Part shown: positions 62,240-64,000 of the stretch, one piece after another
How the letters are laid out: every line of letters starts with the position of its first letter
Numbering within the stretch: position 1 is the stretch's first letter
Origin: Antedon mediterranea
Taxonomy: Eukaryota > Animalia > Echinodermata
Assembly (NCBI RefSeq): GCF_964355755.1
Contig: NC_092672.1
Location: forward strand, 4,402,001 to 4,466,000
Direction: 5' to 3'
DNA length: 64,000 nt
Notes under the pieces: generated by a model
Database searches by the model: none
What the model was told of the DNA's origin: nothing
What the model saw: the letters and a program-made list of their open reading frames with translations, nothing else
Position numbers and translations under genes: made by a program

Positions 62240-62795
62240 AGCTTGGTTCCCATAAATCTTGGTTCCCACTAAAACGCAACGTAACGCAGCGACGTATCGA
62301 CGCAAAGTACTCAAAAGTACGCGCTGTACCATGTCTTTCAGTCTTCTTTTGCCTTGCATTTGTTTCGTAAAATCAAAATGATTTGATTTCCCGTAGCGAT
62401 GTTTGCAGCACTGTCTGCATGTTCCCACTTGTGATTACGCAATACAGCACTTTGCGTCGATACGTCGCTGCGTTACGTTGCGTTCTAGTGGGAACCACGC
62501 TTAATGCGTGGTTCCCACTGGCGACGTAACACAAGGACGTAACGCAACGCAAGTGAATTGACCAATCACAAGCGATGGCTTATTCGCTTGTGATTGCTAA
62601 CTGTCTATAACTTCGCTTGTCATTGGTTCAAACACTTGCGTTTCGTTTACGTCCTTGCGTTGCGTCGCTAGTGGGAACCAAGCTTGAGACGCAATGCATG
62701 AGGCGTAGACGCAAAGTGAGTTGACCAATGACAAGCGACAGTTCGAATAATCCATCGCTGTTGATTTGAATTTGAATTACTTATTGCACCAAGCT
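62240..62795. mobile_element. Nested family A MITE pile-up: A3 (62256-62501) and A1 (62505-62684) inside an older A2-like copy
   Basis: Outer terminus agcttggttccca at 62240; remaining A2-like body and ccaagct end at 62685-62795. Confidence 0.75.
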
Positions 62796-64000
62796 TAATA
62801 TCAGTTGTTGTATGCTTCTCACATTCGTGACAATAACAGCCGAAAAACTATAAAGTAGGCCTATCTTGTTCAAATATCTGGCTCTCGCACAAATATTTAC
62901 ACGCTAATTCTTTTCTTTCAACTTTTCTGTCGTCTATAATAACTCCTACTATTTCCGTCTCTTTTATTTGTTTATGTAATGACAATTCTGATGGATAATT
63001 CGATGGAAACATTCCACATTTCATGTCATTGTTCTAATGGCGTAATGGAGCAGCTGTAGATTTTGGTAGTTTATCAATCGTAGTGTTTGAAATTGTGGCT
63101 GACATTCAGGCTTTTTCCAAGTCTAGTTATTGTCTTTCTAATGTTAGTCCACCAGTCGGCTTTTCGGTTTTACACGAGCTCAAATAATATACGTATTAAA
63201 CGCCACGCCAAAATATTTAATAATAATATTAAGTCAAAACTCGGTCTAGAACCTGGCATTTTACATAGGCCTAAATTTATTTCGAATTATACTTTAGGAA
63301 ATGATCAAATATGATATTTTCCATGAATTAACCATTGGAATCATATTTCTCTTCCTGTTGACTAATCATAATAGGTCTATAACAAAAATGCAAACAATAA
63401 TTTTATGACGCGTAATCCGAAATCCGATAATTTCACATGAAGCTAACATGAGACCAGCTTTTTCTATTATTCTATTACCAGACATCAGAAAGGCCTATTT
63501 GGGTCAAAGGTTGTTCACGTAACGTTATCTATGAGTAAATAAATATTGTTTGTTATAGATCGCATAGTGAAATAGGCTATATTAGTTCGAACGTTTCCAT
63601 ATAAAAGTTGATGGCCGACTGGACGAGCTGATCGAGGTAAGATATTATTAAAAACTCCTATTAACAGTTTCAGCAAATTATTTTGACATTGTTGAAAAAA
63701 TAAATTACTTATGGTGAAAAGTATAAGCATCACGATAGTTGAACATTTGTAGGTGATGGGTTGATTGTAATAATTGATGGAGTTGTGTATACGTGGAGTA
63801 TTACTATCTGTGTAGTTCGCTTCCAATTGTAGTATTTTTAATCATCACAAAAGAGAGTAGGTTCACCGCTTGTGCATTCAATCAATTGAGCAGCCTGTGT
63901 TTTATGAAACCGCTCAGCGAAGCCTTTTTAAGCCTTTGGGCAGATTTATGGGAGCAACAATCATCGTTATAGTTACCTTTTGATAAAAAGCAGGTCTAAA

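Overview
AT-rich eukaryotic (metazoan) genomic DNA. The repeat types and motif usage suggest a marine invertebrate, possibly an echinoderm or other deuterostome; this is inference only. (1) 527-7805 (+): a complete 13-coding-exon FKBP6/shutdown-like gene (471 aa; FKBP domain, TPRs and a C-terminal degenerate R3H-like domain). I assembled it by hand with consistent GT-AG phases; it probably also has a 3'UTR intron. (2) 11-40 kb: a same-strand tandem array of four highly diverged, single-coding-exon PTB/PID-domain (FAM43-like) adaptor genes, each with a different disordered tail carrying different short linear motifs. (3) 40.3-64 kb: no credible coding sequence. Repeats include several PIF/Harbinger-type MITE families (TTA/TAA TSDs, some nested), tRNA-derived Nin/Deu-domain SINEs, a 5'-truncated CR1/L2-group LINE, Penelope-type hammerhead relics, and tandem arrays with 42-, 45-, 52-, 69- and 100-bp units. 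The most unusual signal is a set of ultra-short (16-46 bp) CA...TG palindromes flanked by 7-bp direct repeats, resembling P-element excision footprints or ultra-minimal transposons. One of them appears to have seeded a minisatellite. The octamer TAGGCCTA is also strongly over-represented.
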